From Candidatus Saccharimonadota bacterium (GTDB taxonomy: Bacteria; Patescibacteriota; Saccharimonadia; Saccharimonadales; Saccharimonadaceae), in assembly GCA_001897305.1 (NCBI GenBank), contig MKSO01000001.1:840001-872000 (forward strand): a DNA stretch of 32,000 bases, written 5' to 3'. A program made the position numbers and the translations under genes. Shown piece after piece: positions 15,923 through 24,858 of the stretch. Numbering within the stretch: position 1 is the first letter of the stretch; each line of letters opens with the position of its first letter. The notes under the pieces were generated by a model. That model saw nothing but the letters and a program-made list of their open reading frames with translations, searched no databases and was not told the DNA's origin.

Positions 15923-16557
15923 AACAAGAACAGTGGCCGGATACCTTAAAAGCCGGCAGAGAGCACCTTATTGCTGCCGATCCCATTTTGGGCTCGGTTA
16001 TTACAAATGCACCCCTCCCTTCATTTGTACCGCATGGTAACTACTACCAAGAACTGGTAGAAAGCATCATATCGCAACAGCTAAGCGTTAAAGCAGCTGC
16101 GACTATCTTAAAACGATTTAGAGATTTATTCGGTGATGCTTTTCCAAGCCCCGAAGACATTTTAACCAAAGATATTGAAGTATATAGAAGTGTCGGATTA
16201 TCGCGACAAAAAGCCACCTACATTAGCGACCTTGCGCAGAAAGTACTAGACGGCTCGGTTCAGTTTAATCATTTAGATGCCCTAACCAACCAACAGGTTA
16301 TCAAAGAGCTTGCCGCTATTAAGGGAGTTGGCGTGTGGACGGTCCATATGTTTTTACTCTTTTGTATGGGACGCTTGAATGTACTTCCAACAGGTGATCT
16401 GGGTATTAAGAATGGTATTCAAAAGCTCTACGACCTTGATACCCGCCCAACAGAAGCTGACATAGAAGCCTTGGCCATTCAACAACACTGGCATCCGTAC
16501 GAATCTATTGCCAGTTGGTATATATGGCACTCACTTGATAACAAACCAGCGCTATAA
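15919..16557 (+). CDS. DNA-3-methyladenine glycosylase II-like (AlkA-type HhH-GPD)
   Basis: HhH LAAIKGVGVWTVHMFLLF and catalytic-Asp region LPTGDLGI. ATGA overlap with the MBL gene. Confidence 0.8.
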   Translation: MKQEQWPDTLKAGREHLIAADPILGSVITNAPLPSFVPHGNYYQELVESIISQQLSVKAAATILKRFRDLFGDAFPSPEDILTKDIEVYRSVGLSRQKATYISDLAQKVLDGSVQFNHLDALTNQQVIKELAAIKGVGVWTVHMFLLFCMGRLNVLPTGDLGIKNGIQKLYDLDTRPTEADIEALAIQQHWHPYESIASWYIWHSLDNKPAL

Positions 16558-16559
16558 TC

Positions 16560-17003
16560 TTATAACCCTAGGCTCTTCAGTTGGTCCGGAGACATGCCGC
16601 TACCCTGCAGCTGCTTTGTAATACCATCCAAACCTGGCAATGTACCATTTTGGTAATTTTCTATGAGTTGTTCGATTGTCAAAATGAGACTAATACCCGT
16701 CACCAAAATAATAACCCCGAGGGCGATGGCAAAATAAAGTATCGTTTTATACGCGAACGTTTTGTATTCGGCAAATTGAAGCATTTCACGCCCCTGGGCA
16801 TCACGCATTGCCCCATTCATGATAAGAATGAGGTCGACCAAGGCCCATATACCCAACCCGCCCAAGGTGACCAGTTTAGCTAGGCCAGTCCACCATTTTC
16901 CAAGATACATACGGTCAGCCCCAAAAACACCCCACAAAAAGCTTATGAAAAATACTGCTAGAAAATGTCGTTGCCGGGGAAACTTTTTTGTTTTGAGTTG
17001 CAT
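16560..17003 (-). CDS. TM2 domain-containing membrane protein
   Basis: LWGVFGADRMYLGKWWTGLAKL matches the TM2 domain pattern. There are 3 TM helices. Confidence 0.75.
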   Translation of the reverse strand: MQLKTKKFPRQRHFLAVFFISFLWGVFGADRMYLGKWWTGLAKLVTLGGLGIWALVDLILIMNGAMRDAQGREMLQFAEYKTFAYKTILYFAIALGVIILVTGISLILTIEQLIENYQNGTLPGLDGITKQLQGSGMSPDQLKSLGL

Positions 17004-17024
17004 GGCTTCATTATACGCTCATGT

Positions 17025-17438
17025 TTAATGAGTCGGCCAATTCTCCAAGACGAATCGTTTATATTCACCTTTCAACATAGAGCCGTTCTCAATCGTGACA
17101 CGGTCGACCCACTCACCATACTCAACAGCAGGTCGGGGTGGTTGAAGCACAACATCCCCCGCTGTCTGTGCTGTGTATGCAAGAATTATAAGGCTGTTAA
17201 CGCCCTCTCGTCGGAAAAAATCCCTACGAGAAACATCCGCCAATGTAAGACCAAGTTCTTCTTCTAGCTCCCGTCGCAAAGCATCGTCTGGGTACTCTCC
17301 TTTTTCGACATGCCCACCAGGCAATCCGTAAGTCAAACCTTCGCTATGCAAGGGATAGCACATAACTAAAACCTTCCGGTTGACCGTATCATAAAGCGCC
17401 AGTTTAACCGATACTTCAAAACGAGGCCTGAACAACAT
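17025..17438 (-). CDS. NUDIX hydrolase (MutT-like)
   Basis: Canonical Nudix box GGHVEKGEYPDDALRRELEEELGL. The start lies 4 nt after the aspS stop. Confidence 0.85.
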   Translation of the reverse strand: MLFRPRFEVSVKLALYDTVNRKVLVMCYPLHSEGLTYGLPGGHVEKGEYPDDALRRELEEELGLTLADVSRRDFFRREGVNSLIILAYTAQTAGDVVLQPPRPAVEYGEWVDRVTIENGSMLKGEYKRFVLENWPTH

Positions 17439-17442
17439 ACTA

Positions 17443-18756
17443 TTACGGGTTCAAGCGGTTAATATCACGTGGAAATAGCGAAGCTTCTTTAACGTTGGCA
17501 AGGCCAATAATCTTTTGCGTCAAACGCTCAAGGCCCATACCGAAGCCGCCGTGCGCCGGCAAACCGTACTTAAAGGCTTGCAGGTAGTACTTAAAGCCTT
17601 CAGCATCTGGGTCACCACCGGCAATCGTACGAAGCTGCTCTAGCAATACATCGTAGCGGTTTTCGCGCATACTAATGGTTGCAATCTCTACGCCGCGGAA
17701 AATAAGGTCGGCTCGTTCTGCGAAGTCTGGGTTCTCTTCGGATTTCTTGTGGTAAAACTTCATTTCGCTGACCGGCCATTCGGTCACAAACACCGCTTCA
17801 CTGCCAAGGTTTTTCTTGGCATATTCGGTAATCCAGCGCTCCTCATCTGGTCGAAGGTCTTTTTCACCAAGTGTACTTTCACCGGTTGCTTTAGTGTACA
17901 GCTCGTGAACTTGTTCGAGGCCAAGACGTGGAATTGACTCAGGTAAAACAACGGGCTGTGCGTTCCACTTTTTCAGGTCAGCTTCGTTTGTCTGCCAAAC
18001 ACTTTCAGTTACCGACTTAATTAAGCCACCAACAGTGTTAAGTAGTTCATCGAAGTTGGTAAAGCCCATTTCAGCGTCAATATGAATAAACTCCGTCATA
18101 TGGCGAGTTGTGGCTGATGGCTCGGCGCGATAAGTTGGGTTGATTTCAAAAGCCCGCTCGAATACCCCTACCATTATTTGCTTATAGAACTGCGCGCTCT
18201 GAGCCAAGGTTGCCTCTTTCCCAAAGTAATCTAAGCGAAATACCTCAGCGCCACCTTCCGTAGCACCGGGTAGTAGCTTTGGCGAGTTGAATTCGGTAAA
18301 ATCTTGTCCGCGCAGGTAGACACGAGCCGCCTCTTTAACAGCAGCCTGAATTTTAAAAATCGCTGTTTCTTGCAAGTTACGTAGCCCAAGAACACGGTGT
18401 TCAAAAAGGGTATCCAGGTTTTCCGATTTATGATCAAGCGGCTTATCGATTTCAATGGGCGGTTCGTCAGTGACTGGAACTAAGACACTCACCGATACAT
18501 CGTGCAGTTCAGCGCCGCCCGGTGCTCGTTCGTCGGCAACAACAGTACCAGTTAATGCCAATACTGTCCCAACTTGAAGCCCACGCAGCTTTTCAAGTTC
18601 ATCTTTGTTGTCTATTTTTGTTTGCGCTAAGCCACCGCGATCGCGCAAGGTAATAAAGTTTAAGCCACCAAGAAGCCGTTTTTTATGCAACCAGCCTTCA
18701 ATAGTAACTGTTTCGCCTACGTGAGCAGACAGTTCATGGGTGAGTGTTCGAGCCAT
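17443..18756 (-). CDS. aspS: Aspartate--tRNA ligase, type 2 (archaeal/eukaryotic-like, short form)
   Basis: 437 aa with an N-terminal OB fold. Class II motifs are YRAEPSATTRHMTEF and HGGFGMGLERL. The bacterial GAD insertion is absent. A GGAG SD lies 8 nt upstream. Confidence 0.9.
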   Translation of the reverse strand: MARTLTHELSAHVGETVTIEGWLHKKRLLGGLNFITLRDRGGLAQTKIDNKDELEKLRGLQVGTVLALTGTVVADERAPGGAELHDVSVSVLVPVTDEPPIEIDKPLDHKSENLDTLFEHRVLGLRNLQETAIFKIQAAVKEAARVYLRGQDFTEFNSPKLLPGATEGGAEVFRLDYFGKEATLAQSAQFYKQIMVGVFERAFEINPTYRAEPSATTRHMTEFIHIDAEMGFTNFDELLNTVGGLIKSVTESVWQTNEADLKKWNAQPVVLPESIPRLGLEQVHELYTKATGESTLGEKDLRPDEERWITEYAKKNLGSEAVFVTEWPVSEMKFYHKKSEENPDFAERADLIFRGVEIATISMRENRYDVLLEQLRTIAGGDPDAEGFKYYLQAFKYGLPAHGGFGMGLERLTQKIIGLANVKEASLFPRDINRLNP

Positions 18757-18803
18757 AAGATATACTCCAAGATTGTAATTTTAACTAGATATACGGCTTA
18801 AAA

Positions 18804-18843
18804 GGGTCAGTTGTGATTGAGTTCGCCTACTCACCACTGACCC
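18804..18843 (-). terminator. Hairpin plus T-run between the CBS gene and aspS (terminator or aspS leader structure)
   Basis: On the minus strand: GGGTCAGT, a 24 nt loop with inner TGAGT/ACTCA pairing, ACTGACCC, then TTTTAAG. Confidence 0.4.
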
Positions 18844-18927
18844 GTATATTACTGTCACATGTAATGCGTCGTATCATACTGGGGTCATTGTAGCAGATGA
18901 CGCCCCTGTTGACTAGCAAGGACACCG

Positions 18928-19878
18928 CTAAACGCTAGCCGGATAGCCTAGTAGCTGAATGCAAAGGTCATCCAGGGTTACCAGACCTACGGTGTTTGAA
19001 TCCTCATCTCGTACAATCAAAAGGCTACAGCGATGCTTTACAAAACTCCGAAGCGCCTCTTCTAAGGTGACTTCTGGGGCGATAGCAACTACCTTTTTAT
19101 CCATTACATGTTCGGCCGACGATGACTGCTTAACATCAAGTGACAGTAGGTCGCGCAGGTGCAAAATACCGACAATACTGTCGAGATCTTTCTCGATCAC
19201 TACCAAGCGGCTATGACCCAACTTATGCAACTCATCCAATACGAGCGGACCGAGAAACTCCGAACTTTTAATATAGTCGATATTTGCCCGCGGGGTCATA
19301 ATTTCTGCTACCGTTTTTGTAGGGAATTGGAGTGCTGATACTAGTAGTCGACGCTCTCGCTCCCCTATAGCCTCTTTAGACCGCTCAACCAACTCGGTCA
19401 AATCTTCTAATGAATGGACCTCTACTGGCTTATCGCTAGTCGCCGATGGCTCGCGGAAGCCATGCAATAACCTTTCGAAACGAACTACAAAATCAAGCAA
19501 GCCATGTTCAAGACGAGCATAGATTTTTTTTGCCAGTTTTTTAATAAAAGGAAGACGAGCTAGTGATGGATAGATTACGGCTACTACGAGGGCTAGGACA
19601 ATCCCCAACCACCAACCAAACGCCCCAATAGATAAACACACCACAAGCACAATCAACACGGCTCGTACACTACGAAGAAGTGTGGTCAGCGCAGGATATA
19701 ATTCATGGCGATCGAGCTCTAACACAAAAGCCTCAGAGTGCTTGGCGCGGCGCTTCAGCTCGGCCAGGCTATACTGCGAACGCAGTGGCTGCATAGCTGT
19801 TGCAAGCAAAAGACAAAAAAATACTACTACCGCAAGAAGCATAAGAAATATAGTCATCGTAAGACTATTGTACAGCAT
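18928..19878 (-). CDS. Membrane protein with a CBS-domain pair (DUF21/CNNM-like, lacking the CorC_HlyC tail)
   Basis: The N-terminal 130 aa carry 3-4 TM helices. The C-terminal half has two CBS repeats (IMTPRANIDYI...GILHLRDLL; VMDKKVVAI...GLVTLDDL). Confidence 0.75.
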   Translation of the reverse strand: MLYNSLTMTIFLMLLAVVVFFCLLLATAMQPLRSQYSLAELKRRAKHSEAFVLELDRHELYPALTTLLRSVRAVLIVLVVCLSIGAFGWWLGIVLALVVAVIYPSLARLPFIKKLAKKIYARLEHGLLDFVVRFERLLHGFREPSATSDKPVEVHSLEDLTELVERSKEAIGERERRLLVSALQFPTKTVAEIMTPRANIDYIKSSEFLGPLVLDELHKLGHSRLVVIEKDLDSIVGILHLRDLLSLDVKQSSSAEHVMDKKVVAIAPEVTLEEALRSFVKHRCSLLIVRDEDSNTVGLVTLDDLCIQLLGYPASV

Positions 19879-19917
19879 CTATCTGCTATACTAGTACTAG
19901 TAATTTTCGGAGGAACT

Positions 19918-20610
19918 ATGAACAAAACTGGTTGGATTATTTTTGGTGCGATCGTTGTGGTACTTCTTGGCGGACTCGTCGTCTGGACCCGCACCACAAA
20001 CCCCCCGCTCGACGTGTCTAATGTAAAAAATAATAGTATTATCGCCGCGTCTGAGCAAAATGGTAACATCGCGGATCATGTTACTGGCAATGCGTCAGGG
20101 AAAATACTCTTCATCGAATACGGTGACTACCAATGCCCAAGCTGTGGCGGTGCCTACACTAACGTAAAGAGCATTCTAGAGGAATACGGCAACGACATAA
20201 CCTTCATCTTCCGCAACTTCCCTCTTACTACCGTTCACCCTAACGCTCGTGCAGCTGCAGCTGCGGCTGAAGCGGCTGGCTTGCAGGGCAAGTTCTGGGA
20301 AATGCACGATAAACTCTATGAAGGCCAGTCGGACTGGGAAAACCTTGATGGTACAAAACGTACCAATATGTTCAAAACATATGCTACCAGCTTAGGACTT
20401 GATGTAAGCAAGTTCGAGAGTGACTTAAGCGCCAAGCAAGTCACACAGAAGATAAACTTCGACCTAGCCGTTGGTAAAGCTGTTGACGTAAACGCTACCC
20501 CTACCTTCTTCTTGAACGGCGAAAAACTTGACGATAAGACCTCAAGCGGCATTGTTCAAAGCGACCTTACAGACATTAAGGCAAAGCTCGATAGTTTAAT
20601 TAAGAAGTAG
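19918..20610 (+). CDS. DsbA-family thiol:disulfide oxidoreductase, membrane-anchored
   Basis: MNKTGWIIFGAIVVVLLGGLVVW anchor and a YGDYQCPSCG active site. A GGAGG SD lies 5 nt before ATG 19918. The upstream track extension is antisense to the CBS gene. Confidence 0.85.
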   Translation: MNKTGWIIFGAIVVVLLGGLVVWTRTTNPPLDVSNVKNNSIIAASEQNGNIADHVTGNASGKILFIEYGDYQCPSCGGAYTNVKSILEEYGNDITFIFRNFPLTTVHPNARAAAAAAEAAGLQGKFWEMHDKLYEGQSDWENLDGTKRTNMFKTYATSLGLDVSKFESDLSAKQVTQKINFDLAVGKAVDVNATPTFFLNGEKLDDKTSSGIVQSDLTDIKAKLDSLIKK

Positions 20611-20626
20611 AAGAACCGCACAAAGT

Positions 20627-20660
20627 AAAAACACCCCGGTGCCTTGGGGTGTTTTTTGTT
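20627..20660 (+). terminator. Rho-independent terminator of dsbA
   Basis: AAACACCCC ggtgcctt GGGGTGTTT followed by TTTT. Confidence 0.8.
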
Positions 20661-20968
20661 GTTTTTCGTAGTGAAGTCGCGACACTGACTGCGAGCGGCG
20701 AAGCCGCAGGCGCATACTAGTGGGCGATAAAAATTCGCCATTCGGCGGGCACCACATCCACTGCTATCTTTTTGCGCCGTGAAGGCACAAATTCGATGGC
20801 TATTGGCATGTGATTATACACTCCTTGTACTATGTACAGCCCTAGACACTCCGACCTTTAATTGTTAGCTTTGGTCCAGGACACATCAACCATAATAACA
20901 AACTGCCATGACACAGTCAAGAAATACTCGTCGAATTGACGGCTATACACCTATAGTACCGTAAAAAG

Positions 20969-20999
20969 AATAGTGCTTGCAATAAGTACAAGCACTATT
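20969..20999 (-). terminator. Rho-independent terminator of the DHA2 MFS gene
   Basis: AATAGTGCTTG caataagta CAAGCACTATT is a perfect 11 bp stem. On the minus strand it is followed by CTTTTTA. It lies 27 nt after the stop codon. Confidence 0.75.
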
Positions 21000-21026
21000 T
21001 GTATAGTATTTTTTACTACGTCTATT

Positions 21027-22715
21027 TTAGGCTTCGCCGGGCGTCGCGTCAGGCTTGGCGGAACGCAAGGTACGCTCTTTCAATGTGAACACCATTACTG
21101 CCGAGAAGCCTACTAAGCTTGAAGCAACAATAAAGATGCGCTGTAAGCTATCAGAGAAAGCGTGAGTTACGATACTCGCAAACTCTTGCTGGTTTGTATT
21201 AAACTGCTCACGAGCCTTAGTCGCGTAAGCATCAGGTAACTTACTAAATTGAGCATCAGCTGCGTCAGTAATCTTTTGCTTAATATCTGGCGTATTGAGC
21301 GTAAGGAGCGTATTAGCATCGTCAAGGTTGCCGATGGCCGACACCTGACTACTTTGGCCAAGAGACTTAATATACTCTGTATTCTTCATGGCAGCGACTT
21401 GCGACACGATACCAGCAGTGAGCATAGCACCGAATACAGCGGTACCAATTGTCGACCCTAGACTACGGAACAGCTGACTTGAGCTCGTTGCTACACCAAG
21501 ATCCTTTTGCTCGACTTCGTTCTGAATAGCTAAGTTCAACACCGGCATAGCCACACCCATACCAAGGCCAAGGATCGTCATAACCACTGCCTCATAGAGG
21601 TACGGTGTTTCAGGCGTTAAGAATGTGAGCGCCACCATCGAAGCCGTCGCTACCAAGAAGCCTATCTGCATGAATATCTTGTAACGACCAGTTCGAGAAA
21701 TAATCTGACCCGACCCAATACTTGAAATCATGATACCCGCTACCATTGGCAAGAGCATGAGACCAGACTGAGTTGGGGTGGCACCAAAGACTTGTTGGTT
21801 AAATTGCGTAAGGTACAAAATTGACCCCATGAAAGCCGCACCAAAGAAAGTGGCAATTGCAAGAACTGTCACGAAGTTACGGTTCTTAAAGAAGCGCAAC
21901 GGAAGAATCGGCTCATCGGCTTTACGCTCAACATAGATAAACCCTGCAATAGCTGCCGCCACAACAGCAAACATAATGACACGGAGCCATACAAGCGTAA
22001 GGCCAGTGCTGGTCATAACATCAGCAAAGATGGTTTCGGTATTATCAACAGCCAGAATAAGCACGGCCGTAGCTATTGAAAGCAGTGCTGCACCCCAATA
22101 GTCGATTTTTACTTTTGTAGCATGGCGCAATGCCGGACAATAAATAGCAATCAAAATGAAGGCGACGATGCCTACTGGCACGTTAATAAAGAACGTCCAA
22201 CGCCAGTCGGTGGTAAGACCAAAGAAATGTGCACCGTCAGTCAACCAACCACCGAGTAGTGGACCAATAACAGAGCTGAGACCAAACACCGCACCAATCA
22301 AGCCCTGCCAGCGTCCGCGTTCACGCGCAGCAAAAAGGTCACCAACAATTGTAAAGGCGTTGGCTGTAATAATACCACCACCAATACCTTGTAAGGCTCG
22401 CCAGGCGATCAGCTCGGTAATATTACCACTGAGGCCACTAAGCAGCGAGCCGGCCACGAAGACCGCGACACCAATCAGTAAGATAGTTCGGCGACCAAAA
22501 AGGTCAGACAACTTACCAGCAATAGGCACCGTCATCGTTGTTGTAATAAGGTAGGCCGTAACAATCCAGCTTAATGAACTGAAAGCGTTGAAATCTTCAA
22601 CAATCTTTCCGAGGGCGGTAGCAATAATTGTCTGGTCGAGGGCAACCAAAAACAAACTCGCCATAACCGAGATCATAATGATCAACTTGCTACGCAAAGT
22701 TAAATGGTGATGCAT
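21027..22715 (-). CDS. MFS transporter, DHA2 (EmrB/QacA, 14-TM) family
   Basis: 562 aa with motif A GKLSDLFGRR. There are 14 predicted TM helices and the long soluble loop before the last TM typical of DHA2. A GGAGA SD is present. Confidence 0.85.
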   Translation of the reverse strand: MHHHLTLRSKLIIMISVMASLFLVALDQTIIATALGKIVEDFNAFSSLSWIVTAYLITTTMTVPIAGKLSDLFGRRTILLIGVAVFVAGSLLSGLSGNITELIAWRALQGIGGGIITANAFTIVGDLFAARERGRWQGLIGAVFGLSSVIGPLLGGWLTDGAHFFGLTTDWRWTFFINVPVGIVAFILIAIYCPALRHATKVKIDYWGAALLSIATAVLILAVDNTETIFADVMTSTGLTLVWLRVIMFAVVAAAIAGFIYVERKADEPILPLRFFKNRNFVTVLAIATFFGAAFMGSILYLTQFNQQVFGATPTQSGLMLLPMVAGIMISSIGSGQIISRTGRYKIFMQIGFLVATASMVALTFLTPETPYLYEAVVMTILGLGMGVAMPVLNLAIQNEVEQKDLGVATSSSQLFRSLGSTIGTAVFGAMLTAGIVSQVAAMKNTEYIKSLGQSSQVSAIGNLDDANTLLTLNTPDIKQKITDAADAQFSKLPDAYATKAREQFNTNQQEFASIVTHAFSDSLQRIFIVASSLVGFSAVMVFTLKERTLRSAKPDATPGEA

Positions 22716-22737
22716 GTATTATGTCTCCAATCGATGA

Positions 22738-22965
22738 TTATTTATTTAGCATGTCTTTATATTGCTCGACGCTGTCCGTTAGGTGGTCCAAGAGTTCTCG
22801 CATTTGATCTTCTGGAATAAAGGCAACAATTTTTTTAGAGGGTGAGCCCATAACATACAAACGGTCACCCGGCTTTATATCGAGTGTTTCACGGGCATCG
22901 GCCGGTATAACTACCTGACCCTTTGACCCTACCGTGGCTGTGCCAAAAAGTTTTTTGTCGTGCAT
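22738..22965 (-). CDS. AbrB/MazE/SpoVT-family DNA-binding protein
   Basis: 75 aa from ATG 22965: GSKGQVVIPADARETLDIKPGDRLYV forms a swapped-hairpin domain. The track start at 23004 is the TTG of a TTGACA -35 box. Confidence 0.75.
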   Translation of the reverse strand: MHDKKLFGTATVGSKGQVVIPADARETLDIKPGDRLYVMGSPSKKIVAFIPEDQMRELLDHLTDSVEQYKDMLNK

Positions 22966-22975
22966 ATCAACACAC

Positions 22976-23004
22976 AGTATGCTCTTGTGCGATAAGTATG
23001 TCAA
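22976..23004 (-). promoter_or_regulatory. Promoter of the abrB-like/MFS operon
   Basis: On the minus strand: TTGACA (23004..22999), a 17 nt spacer, CATACT (22981..22976), then 10 nt before ATG 22965. Confidence 0.6.
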
Positions 23005-23014
23005 GTATGATTTA

Positions 23015-24109
23015 TCATACTGCGGTTTTATTGGCCTTCTTTTTCCAACTAGGTAGTTCTTGGTAATAATCGAGATACATCTGGATTGATGTCACGATAA
23101 TGATCATAATAATTGGCCCATATATAACCCCAAGCAACCCATACAAGGCAATACCCCCAAAGGCCGCCAACATAGTTAAGCCATTCGTAAGGGTAATCGA
23201 CTTAGGAATAAAGCGAGGCCTTAATACCGACTCTAAATTGCTGACAGCCGTAATAACAATGAGCGCGCCCACCCCAGGCCATACTTGACCAAGCAGCATA
23301 ACAATAAAAATAATCGGGTAAATAATAATGCCAGCGCCAAGTGGAATAAGGTTGAAAAACGAGAAAGCCACCGCCATAAGGAAGAAGTAATCCCAGAAGT
23401 TAAAGAAGAAGGCTAGCGTAAGCGCTTCCAGTACGGCAATAATAACCGACATAACCAACTGTCCCTTCGCCATAGCATTCGCCATCAGCCCCACACGAGC
23501 AAGGTACAGGCGAGTCACTTCTGGTTGGAAGGGGCTCAATGCCACAATAGACTGCGTGATCTTCTTGCCATATACAAGAAATTCATAGAACAGGAACATA
23601 TACATGATGACGAGAATAATAGCCATAGGCACTCCACCGACCACACCAGTGAGAAAGCCGGTTAAGGTTTTGAGGACACCCGGGATAGTTGACTGAAGGA
23701 AATCAAGCACACCCTGTGTCGTTATGAGGTGCTCGGCGCCAGTAAACGAGCGTGAGATAGTGTTAACAGTCGTAATTAGCTCTTGGAGTGCCGCTGGTAC
23801 AGTTGTGAAGTTAGACCCAAATGTACTCGTTACCTGATTCACAAGAAGTGTCAGCTGAAATGCGGTGAATGTGCCAACAATAATAACAGGTACCAACACG
23901 ACAGCAAGCGAAAAAAGAAATGTTAGGGTTGCAGCAGCACCTGAGCGCATTTTACGACTTAGCCGTTCGTAGGTACCAAAAAACAAAAACGCCATTAAAG
24001 CGGCCAGCGCAATGACACCTATATAAGGGAGAACAAACCACGCACCCAGTACCAGCGCAACCAAAGCAACAACAAGCCAGTTTTTCGCAGTAAGTGGGTG
24101 TGTTTCCAT
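23015..24109 (-). CDS. AI-2E family transporter (PerM/YhhT-like)
   Basis: 364 aa with 7-8 TM helices. The overall pattern, including the C-terminal LRPRFI...GLTMLAAFGGIALYGLLGVIYGP, is typical of the AI-2E family. Confidence 0.8.
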   Translation of the reverse strand: METHPLTAKNWLVVALVALVLGAWFVLPYIGVIALAALMAFLFFGTYERLSRKMRSGAAATLTFLFSLAVVLVPVIIVGTFTAFQLTLLVNQVTSTFGSNFTTVPAALQELITTVNTISRSFTGAEHLITTQGVLDFLQSTIPGVLKTLTGFLTGVVGGVPMAIILVIMYMFLFYEFLVYGKKITQSIVALSPFQPEVTRLYLARVGLMANAMAKGQLVMSVIIAVLEALTLAFFFNFWDYFFLMAVAFSFFNLIPLGAGIIIYPIIFIVMLLGQVWPGVGALIVITAVSNLESVLRPRFIPKSITLTNGLTMLAAFGGIALYGLLGVIYGPIIMIIIVTSIQMYLDYYQELPSWKKKANKTAV

Positions 24110-24134
24110 ACATGCAGTGTACTACAATAATGCT

Positions 24135-24851
24135 ATGGCCGATATAGCCTCAGTTATCCTCTCTTTACTTACCACACTGCTAGCAGTTGTGCTACTTGGT
24201 ATTGTTGCCGGTTTTAGCCCAACGTTGTTCATTACCCAAGCAACGGTTGACGTAAAATCAACCAAAAAAATATCCCCTTATACCATTGGGCTTGTAGTAG
24301 GCGTCGCTTTGGCTATAGTGTTACTTATTGTATTATTTCAGTTTATTCAGCCTGGAGTCTTACGGCATTTTTTCAACACAACCGTTCGAACAATTGTTAT
24401 ATCAGTGATCTTTAACGGCATCGTTGGACTATTGCTTATTGCAGGCGGCGCTTGGTATCTGACACATAGAAATGTAGCCACAAAACGCTCCGGCCGGCAT
24501 GCGCTTAAAAAAACCGGGGGCGTCTCGGCAATGTTTAGTTTTGGTTTCTTTAGAACCCTCACCAGTGTAAGTGGCATCGCCGCAACCTTCCTGGCAGGTA
24601 CTATTATTGCTAACTCAAGCGTACATTTTATTGAACAGCTACTCTATACCCTTCTCTTTCTTGCCGCAGCAATAACCCCATTTGGAGGTATTGCCATCCT
24701 AATGAGACGAGAAGATAAAAAGGTTACGCGCACAGTAGAGTACATAAATAAACAGCTTGACCGGTTTAATTATAAGACAGTGCTAGGCATAGGGGCCGTC
24801 ATTTTGGGCTGCTGTATTGTACTAGCCAACGTTTTAACGCTCATTTTATAG
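24135..24851 (+). CDS. Polytopic membrane protein (6 TM; GAP/Sap-like), function unknown
   Basis: ATG 24135 lies 6 nt after TACAAT (24123-24128). The track start at GTG 24117 falls inside that -10 region. The family call is tentative. Confidence 0.6.
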   Translation: MADIASVILSLLTTLLAVVLLGIVAGFSPTLFITQATVDVKSTKKISPYTIGLVVGVALAIVLLIVLFQFIQPGVLRHFFNTTVRTIVISVIFNGIVGLLLIAGGAWYLTHRNVATKRSGRHALKKTGGVSAMFSFGFFRTLTSVSGIAATFLAGTIIANSSVHFIEQLLYTLLFLAAAITPFGGIAILMRREDKKVTRTVEYINKQLDRFNYKTVLGIGAVILGCCIVLANVLTLIL

Positions 24852-24858
24852 CAACTCG

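Noticed and set aside
19738-19917. Upstream extension of the DsbA ORF (290 aa version).
   Set aside because: It is antisense to the CBS gene start. Its Lys/Tyr-rich sequence is nonsensical, and the real start at 19918 has a GGAGG SD and a signal-anchor.
22156-22554. A 132 aa plus-strand ORF.
   Set aside because: It is antisense to the DHA2 MFS gene. Its Pro/Arg/Ser-rich translation is typical of the reverse frame of a membrane protein.
22738-23004. The AbrB/MazE-like gene considered as the antitoxin of a toxin-antitoxin pair.
   Set aside because: There is no toxin-sized ORF on either side. The downstream gene is a full-length MFS pump.
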